From Pseudomonadota bacterium (GTDB lineage Bacteria; Pseudomonadota; Alphaproteobacteria; UBA11222), in assembly GCA_049323435.1 (NCBI GenBank), contig JBMOMX010000008.1, forward strand, positions 40,609 through 104,608: a stretch of DNA of 64,000 nt, read 5' to 3'. The translations under genes and the position numbers were made by a program. The notes beneath the pieces are model-generated. The model was not told the origin of the DNA, searched no databases, and saw only the letters and a program-made list of their open reading frames with translations. Below are positions 8,913-19,853 of the stretch, in pieces (the first letter of the stretch is position 1; each line of letters begins with the position of its first letter).

Positions 8913-9659
8913 TCAGCCAGACTGATGCGCCGGCAGGCTAAGCAATTCGCGCTGCAAATTCGCTGTGAAGGCGGGCTCCAGCTTCAGCGCGTCGCCAAGC
9001 GAAGCAAGGTATTTTTGCTCGGCCTCGCACTGGCTGCCGCAAACCAGCAGCGCCGCCAGATAAATCTGGGCGCCGTCCTGGGGCGTTGCGGCCCCGCGCG
9101 CAATCACATGGACATCCTGCGTATTGGCAATCTCCTGCATCAGCAGCGCTTTCTCCTGCACAGTGGCGCCAGACGCTTCCAGTTGCCCTGTAATTTTCTG
9201 GCTCTCCGCCGCGTCCATATGCCCGTCGGCTTTGGCCGCGCCAATCATGGCGCGTATGACGGCCAGCGAAAGATCGGGGTTTGTCTGCCCCGCTTCAGGC
9301 GCCGGCAGCGCCGCCGCCGGGTTTTGCCCGCCGCCAAGCAGATCCGACAACAGACCCTTACCCTGTAGCGTCATATCCTGCGCAGAGTTTTTGACAGCAT
9401 CCAGGATGTTGCCCGGCCCGCCCGCCGCCTTTTGCTGCTGATAATTTCCGAACGCCTTGTAAGCAAGCGTTCCCAGCAGCGCCAGCCCGCCAACCTTGAC
9501 GATGGATTCAACCGTATTTTTGCCGCCGCCCAGAAGCGATGTGGCGACGCCGCCGGTCAAAAGGCCGGCCGCAAAATTTTTGGTGGCCATGCCGCCCAGC
9601 ATTTTACCCACCAGGCTGTTTGAATCTATGTTGGCGAGCAGATTTTTAGGGTCCAGCAT
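8913..9659 (-). CDS. DUF533 / TerB-like domain protein (YebE family)
   Basis: Gly-rich TM N-terminus and a C-terminal TerB-like domain. Immediately downstream of the TerC-family gene. Confidence 0.6.
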   Translation of the reverse strand: MLDPKNLLANIDSNSLVGKMLGGMATKNFAAGLLTGGVATSLLGGGKNTVESIVKVGGLALLGTLAYKAFGNYQQQKAAGGPGNILDAVKNSAQDMTLQGKGLLSDLLGGGQNPAAALPAPEAGQTNPDLSLAVIRAMIGAAKADGHMDAAESQKITGQLEASGATVQEKALLMQEIANTQDVHVIARGAATPQDGAQIYLAALLVCGSQCEAEQKYLASLGDALKLEPAFTANLQRELLSLPAHQSG

Positions 9660-9694
9660 TTATGTCTCCTTTAAGTGATGACTGGTTGAAAAGA

Positions 9695-10672
9695 TCAGAC
9701 CGGGGCATGTGCCTTTCTGGTCTTGTAGAGAGAAACCACGATACCTGCCGCGATCAGCGCAAGCGTCACGCCGAGCGAAACGCTGGCGGGAAATTTTTCC
9801 CAGCCCATCGCGCCTGCGATAAAACTTTTTGATCCGATGAAAATCAGCACGCAGGCCAGCGCCTGCTTCAGATATTTAAAGCGGTGAATAATCACGGCCA
9901 GCGCAAAATACAGCGCCCGCAAACCGAGAATGGCGAATATATTGCTGGTGTAAACAATGTAAGGATCAAGCGTGATGCTGAAAATGGCGGGAACGCTGTC
10001 CACCGCAAAAATCAGATCCACAATCTCTATCATAATCAGCGCCACCATCAGCGGCGTCATATAGGTGGCGCGCTTGCCGGTATTGGGATCCGTCAAATGC
10101 ACGGTGAATTTTTTTCCGTGCAATTCGTTGACCACACGCATATTGCGCTGCAGAAATTTAAGTATTGGATTGTCCGCGATATTGGGCATCGCATCTTCGA
10201 TCCACAGCATCTTGATGCCGGTGAAGATCAGAAACGCCGCAAAAATATAGAGAACCCAGCTAAACTCCGACACCAGCGCCGCGCCCAGGCCGATCATGAT
10301 CGCGCGCAGTACGATCACGCCAAGAATGCCCCAGAACAAGACGCGATGCTGGTATAGCGGCGGGATCGCCAAATAAGTGAAAATCAGCGAGATTACGAAT
10401 ATATTGTCTAGCGCCAGCGTTTTCTCGATAATGAAGCCGGTCAGATATTCCCTGCCGCTTTGCGCCCCAAGCTCAATCCAGACCCAGGCCCCGAATATCA
10501 GTGCGATGCAGATATAGAATGCGCTCATCCACAGGCTTTCGGATATGGAAATCTTGCGCTCCTTCCGGTGCAGTACCCCAAGGTCGAATGCCAGCAGCAG
10601 AATGACAATGCCCAAAAAAATAGCCCACATCCAAATGGGCTTTCCAATCACGACATCATAAAATAATTCCAT
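9695..10672 (-). CDS. TerC-family integral membrane protein
   Basis: Multiple TM segments and the conserved EKTLALDNIFVI motif. Confidence 0.85.
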   Translation of the reverse strand: MELFYDVVIGKPIWMWAIFLGIVILLLAFDLGVLHRKERKISISESLWMSAFYICIALIFGAWVWIELGAQSGREYLTGFIIEKTLALDNIFVISLIFTYLAIPPLYQHRVLFWGILGVIVLRAIMIGLGAALVSEFSWVLYIFAAFLIFTGIKMLWIEDAMPNIADNPILKFLQRNMRVVNELHGKKFTVHLTDPNTGKRATYMTPLMVALIMIEIVDLIFAVDSVPAIFSITLDPYIVYTSNIFAILGLRALYFALAVIIHRFKYLKQALACVLIFIGSKSFIAGAMGWEKFPASVSLGVTLALIAAGIVVSLYKTRKAHAPV

Positions 10673-11026
10673 ATAAAATCATTCCCGCAATTGCCATCAG
10701 AACGGTAATCCGGTCTGATAGCGCATGAATATTGCCCCATCCGCCGGATTGGCATTTATGATCAGAAACAGCTTCGCAATCCGAAATCCCGGCGCGCTCC
10801 CGAATTGAAGCAGCCGGTCGGTTACGAAGTGGTGATGAAAATCACAAAGTCAAGATCTGCCGCCGCTGGTTGCAGCAGGCATATTCAGTTTTCCTGTCGC
10901 CACACAGTCCGGCGGCATAACAGAACTTCATCAGACCGACACGGCTTTGTAACAGTCGCTAACTAGAAGTTAATTTGCGGTCATCGCGGAACCCCCCGGA
11001 CTTAACGATAGTTGGAGATTGCTCAA

Positions 11027-12399
11027 TGCGTCAGCTTATTTATTCTACGGCACTCGTCTCTGTGCTTGCATTCTCGCCTGCATATGCGGGAACTTTTGAT
11101 TCCTTTACCCCGCTGGCGGCATCGGTTGCCGGCGGCTCGCTGCCGGAAGACAAGCCGTTTCAGCTTTCATCCCCGGATTTCAGGCAAAAAACCCTCAATG
11201 CCAATGATCTCGGGCCGCAAAATGGCAATGTCAAGCTCGGCGATAATTGGGACATGAACACGCTGAACGAAAACGGCGCACAGGCCGGCCGTTTCTTGTT
11301 TACCCCTTATGAAACCGGGTCCGCCGGGGTTCGCCGCCTCGATGTGCAGACCGGCTTTGCGGAAACCATTGTCGCCAACGGCACGCAGGGTTTTGTTGCC
11401 GGTGATGCCTCACGCTGGACGCCCTTCGGCACCTATTTGACGGCTGAAGAATCCTGGGGCGCCGGCAGCAGCAAGGGCCGTTTGTTCGAGGTGACCGATC
11501 CGCTGGCTCCGGCAGGGAGCACGGGATTTAACGCCCGCACGATTCTGCCGCGCGTCTCGCATGAAGGCCTCGCCTTCGATGCTGAAAACAATCTGTACTT
11601 CATTGATGAGTTCAACAGCGGCAGCATTTACAAATATGTGTCATCCACACCGGGTATCGGCGCTACATATTTTAATGCCGGCGAAACCTATGTCTTGAAG
11701 GCGGATTTAGCGGGCGCAGATGCCACCGGCGCTGCAAGCTGGGTCAAGATCACCAATGCAGATGGCACGGCAGTCAATGCCGCCGCCAATGTGGTGATAG
11801 ATGGCGTGACCCATGTCGATGGCCGTGTGGCGGCCGATCTGGCCGACGGCACCGCCTATAACCGGCCGGAAGATCTTGAGATCAAAACCGTGGGCGGGGA
11901 GCAAAAACTTTATTTTGCCGCCACGGCTTCCAGCACCGGCGGGGCTGGCGCTGTTTTCGCCATCGGCCTGACCAATGCAACCGATGCGAATATCACGCTT
12001 TTTGCTAACAGGAATACGAATAAAAAGGGAACCGCAAATGAGGTTGGCCTGGAATTCCTGAATCCGGACAATCTGGCGATTGATGGATTTGGCAATATTT
12101 ACATCATCGAAGATCAGCCGGGCGGCGCGGCGGATATCTGGTTTGCCTTTGATATCGATTTTGATGGCGTAGCCGAATCATTGGGCCGTTGGGCGTCGCT
12201 CTCCACGCAGGGCGCGGAGCCGACCGGCCTCTATTTCGATCCGTTCCGTAGAAATGTCGCCTATGTCAATGTACAGCACGCCGATAGCGACATTGACCGC
12301 ACGATAATGATTACGGTCATTCCCGAGCCTGTGACGATCAGCCTTCTGCTGGGCGGGCTGGGAATGCTGGGCGGTATGGTCAGCCGCCGCCGCGCCTAA
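11027..12399 (+). CDS. Secreted PEP-CTERM-anchored protein (beta-propeller-like)
   Basis: Signal peptide MRQLIYSTALVSVLAFSPAYA. C-terminal IPEPVTISLLLGGLGMLGGMVSRRRA is a PEP-CTERM sorting signal. Start inferred at the internal Met, not track coordinate 10975. Confidence 0.75.
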
Positions 12400-12422
12400 G
12401 CGGCGCCGCCATTAAAATTCGC

Positions 12423-12461
12423 GCCCCGCATTCAAACTGCAATGCGGGGCCGTAATTTTTT
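12423..12461 (+). terminator. Rho-independent terminator after the PEP-CTERM gene
   Basis: 10-bp stem GCCCCGCATT/AATGCGGGGC, 8-nt loop, then CCGTAATTTTTT. Confidence 0.7.
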
Positions 12462-12571
12462 ACGTCCCGAAAAAAAGAAGTCAGGTCAGGTCAGGTCAAG
12501 ACCTGTCTTCCATCTGTGCGCGGCGCGCGGGTGCTGCGCATGATCTGAAAATTCCCGTTTGGGGTGCGGCC

Positions 12572-13588
12572 TTACCCCCTTGCGGTCACCCGGCCGCTCA
12601 GGCGTTCCAGCACCCGGCTTGCTTCCGCCATGATGTCGCGCACGATTTCGCCGGCGGGTTTCACTTCGCGGATAAGCGCCGAACTTTGGCCTGCCGCCAG
12701 CGCGCCGATATCGGTCTTGCCATCGCGGCGGCCCGCCATATAGGGATCTATTCCCAGCCATTCGGTGACATTGCGGGTCTGATGCGGGAAGGGTTTCAGC
12801 CTGGCCTGCATCTCCGGCGTTTCCCATGCGCGGGTGGTGTCGTTCTGGATCATGCGGCAGGGCTTGCCGGAAAAACATTTGGTGCGGATAGTGTCTTCAT
12901 CGCCGATCTCGACAATACGGTTTTTGTAATTGTCATGGCCCCAGGCCTCCGGCGTGGCGATGAATCTGGTGCCCAGCCACACGCCGATGGCGCCCAGCGC
13001 CAGACTTGCCGCCAGCCCGCGCCCGTCCGCCAGGCCGCCTGCCGCCAGCACCGGAATCTCCACCGCGTCAATCACCGAAGGCAGCAGCGTCATGGTGCCA
13101 ACCGTGCCGGTATGGCCGCCGCCATCATAGCCCTGTGCGATCACCGCATCGACGCCGCTCGCCGCCAGCCGCACGGCGTTTTTGGTGCTGCCGGTCAGGC
13201 TCAGCACCTTCATGCCCGCAGCATGCGCCTCGGGAACAATGGGGCCGGGATTGCCCAGCCCGCTGACCAGCACCGGAACTTTTTCGTTGAACACCACCTC
13301 GATCAGCGCCTGGGTGTCGCTGCTGAACATTTGCGCGCTTTTGCCGCCCGCCGTCGCGAACAGCAGATCAACCGCAAAAGGCTTATCGGTCATGCTGCGC
13401 ACAATGGCGATTTCCGCCGCCAGTTCCGCAGGCGTCATGGTGCCAGCACCTATACAGCCAAGCCCGCCCGCCGCAGACACCGCGCCCGCCAGCGGCCCGC
13501 GCGCCACAAAGCCCATGCCCGCTTGCAGGATAGGATAGTCAATGCCCAGCATTTCACATAATGGCGTTTTCAGTGCCGGATGATACAT
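12572..13588 (-). CDS. Nitronate monooxygenase / NAD(P)H-dependent flavin oxidoreductase (2-nitropropane dioxygenase family)
   Basis: N-terminal LGIDYPILQAGMGFVA and TIM-barrel FMN-binding family hallmarks. Confidence 0.8.
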   Translation of the reverse strand: MYHPALKTPLCEMLGIDYPILQAGMGFVARGPLAGAVSAAGGLGCIGAGTMTPAELAAEIAIVRSMTDKPFAVDLLFATAGGKSAQMFSSDTQALIEVVFNEKVPVLVSGLGNPGPIVPEAHAAGMKVLSLTGSTKNAVRLAASGVDAVIAQGYDGGGHTGTVGTMTLLPSVIDAVEIPVLAAGGLADGRGLAASLALGAIGVWLGTRFIATPEAWGHDNYKNRIVEIGDEDTIRTKCFSGKPCRMIQNDTTRAWETPEMQARLKPFPHQTRNVTEWLGIDPYMAGRRDGKTDIGALAAGQSSALIREVKPAGEIVRDIMAEASRVLERLSGRVTARG

Positions 13589-13698
13589 AATGCAACTCCC
13601 TTTAGTTTCTGTTGGCGCCTATAGGATCCGGATAGAGTCTGGCGCCATTCAGCCTATGCGGGCCAGGCCCGCCCGGCAAGGGTTTTGGCAGCAGGATT

Positions 13699-15516
13699 TT
13701 ATTGCGGTGCGCTATTGTGCTGCCGGCCGTCCCACCAGGCGGTCATGTCAAAACCATATAGCGGCGCACGCGGCGGAAACCGCAGATGGGCGCGGTACGC
13801 CACATTATCCGTAGACTGATAATAAAGCGGTATGACATAGTGCCCGGCCATCAGTACCCGGTCCATGGCGCGCGCGGCGGGGATGAATTCCGCCTGTGTG
13901 CGCGCCGCCAGAACATGTTCAATCATGGCGTCCAGTGCCGGGCTCTCAATGCCGGGATAGTTGCGCGTGCCGGGTGTGCTTGCGGCCGCCGATCCCCAGT
14001 AATATTTCTGCTCATTGCCCGGCGACAGCGAGGCGTACCAGTCATTGATGATCATGTCGAAATCATAATTGCGCAGGCGTTCTTCATACTGGCTGGCGTC
14101 CACCGTGCGCACTGCCGCTTTAACGCCGATGCGCTGCAATGATCTGGCGAAGCTCAGCGCCAGCTTTTCCTCTTCCGGCCGCACCAGCAGAATTTCAAAC
14201 TGCAATGGCGCACCTGTCTGCGCCTGCACCATCTGCCCGTCTTTCAGTTCCCATCCCGCATCGCGCAACAATTCCAGCGCGCGTTTTGCGCCCGCGCGGT
14301 TACGCCCGGAACCATCACTGACCGGCGGCGCATAGCCTTTATTCATGATGGCTTCGGGAACCGCGTCTGCATAGGGGGCCAGCAAGGCGCGTTCGCGTGC
14401 GCTGGCGGGATTATCTGCGGCGGACAGCTGGCTATTGTCAAACAGGCTGCGGGTGCGCCGGTACGCGCCATAAAAAAAGCTGCGATTGACCCATTCAAAA
14501 TCAAACATGAATGTTAATGCCTGGCGGACGCGCAAATCGTCAAAGGGCGCATGACGGGTGTTGAACACGAAACCCGCCAGCCCCGAGGGCCGCCCATGCC
14601 GGATGGCGCATTTAAGGATCGCACCCTCACGCACCGCATTAAAATCATAGGCGCGCGCCCAGCGGGCCGGATCTTTTTCCTCCCACAAATCTATCTGCCC
14701 GGCCTTGAACGCCTCAAAGGCGGTGTTTTCGTCGCGGTAAAAATCCACCCGGATAATATCAAAATTATGCTGCCCGCGATTGACCGGCAAATCCGCCGCC
14801 CAATAGTCCCGGTTGCGCACATAGCTGATGCTGCGGCCGGGCGAAATCTGCGCCACTTTATATGGCCCCGAGCCCAGCGGCGGGCGCAGGCTGGGGGCGC
14901 TGATATCCTGCCCCGCATAATGGGCCCTGGAAAGAATTGGCATCAGCCCGATGATCAACGGCATTTCCCGGTCGATAGTGGCGGGATCAAACTCAAAGCG
15001 CACCTGACCCAGTTCCGGCTGCGTGATGCGGATGATTTTTGCGTAATAGCTGCGATGGTTGGGGCGTCCTTTTTCGCGCAAAATTTCCGCCGAAAAAATC
15101 ACATCCTCCGCACGCACCGGCGTGCCATCGGAAAAACGTGCACGCGGATCAAGCGTGAAACTGACCCATGAACGGTCGGCGGCCAGCGCGACGGATTGCG
15201 CCACCCAGGCATAAAGCGAAAAGGCCTCGTCATTGCTGCGTTTCAACAGGCTTTCATACACAAATTCCCGGATGCCCAATGGCGCAACACCGCGCACCGT
15301 GAACGCATTCAGCGTATCAAAAGCGCCGCGTTCCCCCAGCACCAGCGTACCGCCTTTCGGGGCGGCCGGATCGGCATAATCAAAATGCGAAAATTCCGGC
15401 CCCTGCCGGAGATCGCCATGCATGGCAATGCCATGACGCGGCGCCGCCACCGCCGATGCGGCGCACAAAATACCAGCAGCGAGAAACCAGAGCGGCAGAA
15501 GGCGGAAAAGGGACAA
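13699..15516 (-). CDS. ABC transporter periplasmic substrate-binding protein, family 5 (YejA-like)
   Basis: Signal peptide. 605 aa, SBP_bac_5 architecture. Confidence 0.85.
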   Translation of the reverse strand: MSLFRLLPLWFLAAGILCAASAVAAPRHGIAMHGDLRQGPEFSHFDYADPAAPKGGTLVLGERGAFDTLNAFTVRGVAPLGIREFVYESLLKRSNDEAFSLYAWVAQSVALAADRSWVSFTLDPRARFSDGTPVRAEDVIFSAEILREKGRPNHRSYYAKIIRITQPELGQVRFEFDPATIDREMPLIIGLMPILSRAHYAGQDISAPSLRPPLGSGPYKVAQISPGRSISYVRNRDYWAADLPVNRGQHNFDIIRVDFYRDENTAFEAFKAGQIDLWEEKDPARWARAYDFNAVREGAILKCAIRHGRPSGLAGFVFNTRHAPFDDLRVRQALTFMFDFEWVNRSFFYGAYRRTRSLFDNSQLSAADNPASARERALLAPYADAVPEAIMNKGYAPPVSDGSGRNRAGAKRALELLRDAGWELKDGQMVQAQTGAPLQFEILLVRPEEEKLALSFARSLQRIGVKAAVRTVDASQYEERLRNYDFDMIINDWYASLSPGNEQKYYWGSAAASTPGTRNYPGIESPALDAMIEHVLAARTQAEFIPAARAMDRVLMAGHYVIPLYYQSTDNVAYRAHLRFPPRAPLYGFDMTAWWDGRQHNSAPQ

Positions 15517-15534
15517 ACTGTTCCGTCCTCTGTC

Positions 15535-15816
15535 CTAATATTGGTTGACATCGGGGGTCTTGCTGGAAACTTTCAGCAGCAGCTTGCGCGACAGCGGAAT
15601 AAGGCAGACGCCGAGAATGGAGAATATCAGCCCCTGCCACAGCAGTCCCATCGGCAACAGCTTGAGCCAGACCAGCAAGGCCACAATGAAAGCTGCGGCT
15701 GAGAAGGGAATCAGAAAACTTGTGGTGATCAGCACTTCGGCGATCAGCAGCAGGACGCCCGCAATCGCCCAGCCGATGGCCGGATGCATATTCATCAGAT
15801 TGTCAAACAGGCTCAT
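15535..15816 (-). CDS. NfeD-like small membrane protein
   Basis: 93 aa with two TM helices plus a short C-terminal beta-domain. Overlaps the stop of the upstream SPFH gene (classic SPFH-NfeD pair). Confidence 0.6.
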   Translation of the reverse strand: MSLFDNLMNMHPAIGWAIAGVLLLIAEVLITTSFLIPFSAAAFIVALLVWLKLLPMGLLWQGLIFSILGVCLIPLSRKLLLKVSSKTPDVNQY

Positions 15817-16676
15817 TTTGCGCGGAAACTTTCCAGCAGAACCGCCAGGCCGCCAAGCGATTTGGTAATGTCGGTCGGGATCACCAGAAGTTTCGAATTG
15901 GGCGATTTGGCGATTTCAGCGATGGAGCTGATCTGCTGCTTCATAATTTCAAAATCCACGGCGGGCTGGCCATTGGCCTGAATGGCCGTGCCCACCTGCG
16001 TGGTGGCATAGGCCTCCGCATCCGCCAGCACACGCCGGCCTTCGGCATGTTTTTGCGCGGTGTAAAGTTCCGCATCCGCCTTGAGCTGCTGCGCCTGGCG
16101 GTCGCCTTCCGCCTTGGTCACGACGGCGCGGCGTTCGCGTTCGGCGTTCAATTGCTGCTGCATCGCGACACGGGTGGCGGCGTCAACCGACACGTCCAGC
16201 ACCTCGGTGCGTGTAATTTCTATGCCCCAGATCGCACAGGCCTCGGACAGCGATTCCTTGATTTTCTCACTGATGAAATCGCGCTTGGACTGGACCTCGT
16301 CAAATTCCATCTGGCCGCCGGTGGAACGCACAATACTGGTCACCGTGGTTTGCACCGCCTGATCAATATCCATGATCCGGTAGACCGATTTAGCCGCGTC
16401 AATGATGCGGAAAAACACTGCGGCAGTCAGATGAATTTCCACATTATCCTTGGTGATGACGCTGATCTGCTGCGGCTCCAGCTGGCGCTCAAGGATGCTG
16501 ACCTTGCTGGCCACCAGATGAATGACCGGGATAATGAAATTCAGGCCCGCCGGAAGCGTCTTGATATATTTGCCGAATTGCTCAACCACATAGACCTGCG
16601 ATTGCGGCACAACCTTGATGCCGGAAATGGCGATGGCCAGCATCAGGCCGATCACTGCCAGAAGTAATGTGCTCAT
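15813..16676 (-). CDS. SPFH/band-7 (stomatin-like) protein
   Basis: N-terminal TM (MSTLLLAVIGLML). SPFH domain and coiled-coil C-terminus. Confidence 0.85.
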   Translation of the reverse strand: MSTLLLAVIGLMLAIAISGIKVVPQSQVYVVEQFGKYIKTLPAGLNFIIPVIHLVASKVSILERQLEPQQISVITKDNVEIHLTAAVFFRIIDAAKSVYRIMDIDQAVQTTVTSIVRSTGGQMEFDEVQSKRDFISEKIKESLSEACAIWGIEITRTEVLDVSVDAATRVAMQQQLNAERERRAVVTKAEGDRQAQQLKADAELYTAQKHAEGRRVLADAEAYATTQVGTAIQANGQPAVDFEIMKQQISSIAEIAKSPNSKLLVIPTDITKSLGGLAVLLESFRAK

Positions 16677-16790
16677 CCGCGCCCCCGTTACGCCGCCATC
16701 CGCAAGCTGGCGCAAGCATGCACGCAACGGCGCAATTGATCAAATGGAATCAGCCGCATGAACCGCCGGTATGGATTGCCGCGGGTTGCG

Positions 16791-17636
16791 TCAGTCGCGC
16801 AGTAATTCGTTGATCGAGGTTTTGGAGCGGGTGCCGGCATCGACCTGTTTGATGATCACGGCGCAGGACAGGCTCGGGCGCGCATGCCCATCGGCATGGG
16901 CAGGGCCGGGCAGCACACCGGGCACGACAACGGAATAGGCCGGCACCTCGCCCTGATGGATCTGTCCGGTGGCGCGATCCACGATCTTGGTCGATGCGCC
17001 CAGAAACACGCCCATGGAAATGACGCTGCCCTCGCGCACGATCACGCCTTCTGCCACTTCGGAACGCGCGCCGATAAAGCAGTTATCTTCAATGATCACC
17101 GGATTGGCCTGCAGCGGTTCCAGCACGCCGCCAATGCCAGTGCCGCCTGATATGTGACAATTCTTGCCGATCTGCGCACAGGAACCGACCGTCGCCCAGG
17201 TGTCGATCATGCTGCCTTCGTCCACATAGGCGCCCAGATTGACAAAGCTGGGCATCAGCACCACGCCTTTGGCGATAAACGCCGACCGGCGCACGATGCA
17301 GTTCGGCACGGCGCGAAATCCGGCGGCGGCGAACCGGCCCGCGTTCCAGCCGTCGAATTTTGACGGCACCTTGTCCCACCAGGACGTGTCCTGGCCCGGC
17401 CCGCCCGCTATCAGGCGCATATCATTCAGCCGGAACGACAGCAGCACCGCCTTTTTCAGCCATTGATGCACCACCCAGTCCTGCCCGTGCTTTTCCGCGA
17501 CCCGCGCCTTGCCGGTATCCAGAAGATCCAGCGCCATGTTCACCGCCTCGCGGGCCGCACCCGTGGTTTGGGCATTGATGGCGTCCCGGCCTTCCCAGGC
17601 AGCCTCGATCTGGACTTGCAGGTCTTGAAAATTCAT
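16791..17636 (-). CDS. dapD: 2,3,4,5-tetrahydropyridine-2,6-dicarboxylate N-succinyltransferase
   Basis: 281 aa. Hexapeptide-repeat left-handed beta-helix region ([36 protein letters not shown]). Confidence 0.9.
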   Translation of the reverse strand: MNFQDLQVQIEAAWEGRDAINAQTTGAAREAVNMALDLLDTGKARVAEKHGQDWVVHQWLKKAVLLSFRLNDMRLIAGGPGQDTSWWDKVPSKFDGWNAGRFAAAGFRAVPNCIVRRSAFIAKGVVLMPSFVNLGAYVDEGSMIDTWATVGSCAQIGKNCHISGGTGIGGVLEPLQANPVIIEDNCFIGARSEVAEGVIVREGSVISMGVFLGASTKIVDRATGQIHQGEVPAYSVVVPGVLPGPAHADGHARPSLSCAVIIKQVDAGTRSKTSINELLRD

Positions 17637-17665
17637 CGGGTTTCTCTCTCGCTAAGGGGGTTGTA

Positions 17666-18817
17666 CTAGCTATAGGGATCAGCGGCGTCGCGCAAGCCAT
17701 CACCAAAGAAATTGAACGCCAGCACCACCAGAATGACCGGCAGCATCGGCAGCATAATCCAGGGATAAAAGCTGATCGCAGCAATATTTTGCGATTCATT
17801 CAGCAGCACCCCCCAGCTGGTGACCGGCGGCCGCAGGCCCAGCCCAAGAAATGACAGCGCCGTTTCGCCCAGAATCATTGCCGGAATCGACAGTGTCGCG
17901 CTGGCGATCAGATGGCTCATGAAATTGGGCAGAAGATGACGCCCGATCAGACGCCCCGGCCCCGCCCCCATCAGCACCGCCGCCGTGGCGAAATCCTCCT
18001 CGCGCAACGACACTAATTTAGCGCGCACCGCACGCGCCAGCCCCGGCCAGTCGAGCAGCCCCAGAATGACTGTCATCCCGGCATAGACCGCAACCGGGCT
18101 CCACTGCACCGGAAGCGCCGCCGACAGCGCCATCCATAGCGGCAGTTCCGGCATGGCGCGCAGAATTTCGATCAGCCGCAAGGTCAGATTGTCCACCCAG
18201 CCGCCAAAATATCCCGCCATGCCGCCAATCAACAGGGCCAGCGCAAAACTGATGCTAACCCCGATCAGACCGATGGTCAGGGAAATCCGGGTGCCATAAA
18301 TAACCCGCGACAGCATATCGCGGCCCAGCCGGTCAGTGCCGAACAGATATAGCGTACCCGTGGCAGAGGGGCAGACCAGATGAAATCTGCCAGCCCACAC
18401 ACCCCACAGATTATAGCTGGCGCCGGAACAAAAAAACCGCAATGGCTGCACCTGCTTTTTATCAATCACATAATCCCATTTGAACAGATCCAGATTGGCT
18501 ACGCCCTTATAGCCATAGACAAAAGGGCCGATAAATTCGCCCTCGTGAAACAGATGCACGCGCTGCGGCGGCGCGAACAGATAGTCTGCATTGCGGTCTT
18601 CCAGCCCGTAGGGCGCGATCATTTCGCTGAAGGGCAGGCTGGCATATATCAGCAGCAGGAATATGCCGCTGGCATAGGCCAGCCGGTGGCGCTTCAGCTT
18701 TTGCCAGACCAGCCACCATTGCGGGTGCGCCGGTGCGGCCGCTGGCGGCGTTCCCGCCGGATCATAGGGCGCCTCACTGACATAATGGGGCAGACGGTCC
18801 TGGCTGGGCGCGGTCAT
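17666..18817 (-). CDS. yejE: Peptide ABC transporter permease (YejE-like)
   Basis: Long N-terminal periplasmic extension followed by the ABC TM permease domain. Confidence 0.8.
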   Translation of the reverse strand: MTAPSQDRLPHYVSEAPYDPAGTPPAAAPAHPQWWLVWQKLKRHRLAYASGIFLLLIYASLPFSEMIAPYGLEDRNADYLFAPPQRVHLFHEGEFIGPFVYGYKGVANLDLFKWDYVIDKKQVQPLRFFCSGASYNLWGVWAGRFHLVCPSATGTLYLFGTDRLGRDMLSRVIYGTRISLTIGLIGVSISFALALLIGGMAGYFGGWVDNLTLRLIEILRAMPELPLWMALSAALPVQWSPVAVYAGMTVILGLLDWPGLARAVRAKLVSLREEDFATAAVLMGAGPGRLIGRHLLPNFMSHLIASATLSIPAMILGETALSFLGLGLRPPVTSWGVLLNESQNIAAISFYPWIMLPMLPVILVVLAFNFFGDGLRDAADPYS

Positions 18818-19853
18818 TGCACTGGCCTGCCGGTTAAACGGATGCGCGGGTCGAGCAGCGCCAGCAGCAGATCGGAAAGCGCCATTCCCGCCACCGTCAG
18901 CACCGCGATAAACAGCAGGATAAATCCTGAAAGATAATGGTCCTGGGCCCGCAATGCCTGCAACAGGATCGGGCCCACCGTCGGCAGGTTTAACACCACC
19001 GACACAATCACAGAGCCTGAAACCATCTGCGGCAGCAGATCCCCGATATCCGCAATAAACGGGCTAAGCGCGTTGCGCAGCGGATATTTGATCAGCAGCG
19101 CCAGTGGCGCCATGCCTTTGGCGCGGGCCGTCGTCACATAAGGTTTCTGCAATTCATCCAGCAGATTGGCGCGCAACCGGCGGATCATGGCGGCCGCGCC
19201 GCTGGCGCTGATCACTAGCACCGGGATGATCAGATGCGTCAGGATTGACAGCATTTTGGCCGGCGACCAGGGGGCGTCAATAAATTCCGGCGCCATCAAT
19301 CCGCCGATCGGCAGGCCAAACCACTGGTTGGAATAATATAGCAAGATCAGCGCCAGCAGAAAATTCGGCATGGCCAGCCCCAGATATCCAAGCAGGGTGA
19401 AACCATAATCGGTAATGCTGTACTGGCGCGCGGCGGAAATAATGCCGATGGGAAACGCGATCAGATAAATTGTCAGAACCGCCGCAAAATTCAGCACAAT
19501 GGTCATCATCAGACTGCCGCCCAGCACTTCTGATACCGGCTTGTTATATTCAAACGACCAGCCCCAATTGCCCTGAAGCAGGCCGGAAAACCCCTTTTCT
19601 CCCGGCCACACGCCCAGCCACAGGCCATAGCGCTCGATCAGGGGGCGGTCAAATCCAAACTCGGCGCGCAGAAAGGCGATTTTCTCTATGCTGGCATCCT
19701 CGCCCTGGGCCTGTAATTCCGCCACTTGATTGGACAGATAATCGCCGGGGGGCAGTTGAATGACAATAAAAATCAGTACACTGATGGCAATCAGTGTTGG
19801 TATCATCATGGCGGTACGGTTGAGAAAATAACGTCCCATATGGCTCATTGCTC
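18814..19853 (-). CDS. yejB: Peptide ABC transporter permease (YejB-like)
   Basis: Start MSHMGRYFL with GGAG RBS. The track ORF has a spurious N-terminal extension overlapping the binding-protein gene. Confidence 0.8.

Noticed and set aside
10673-10974. Possible yybP-ykoY (Mn2+) riboswitch or alx-type pH-responsive leader upstream of the TerC-family gene
   Set aside because: I read the minus-strand leader for the conserved yybP-ykoY loop motifs and could not find them. A covariance-model scan (Rfam RF00080) would be decisive. Without it the call is unsupported.
12467-12500. (CAGGT)3 microsatellite GTCAGGTCAGGTCAGGTCAAG
   Set aside because: Too short and isolated to call a feature. Possibly slippage-prone, but no functional context.
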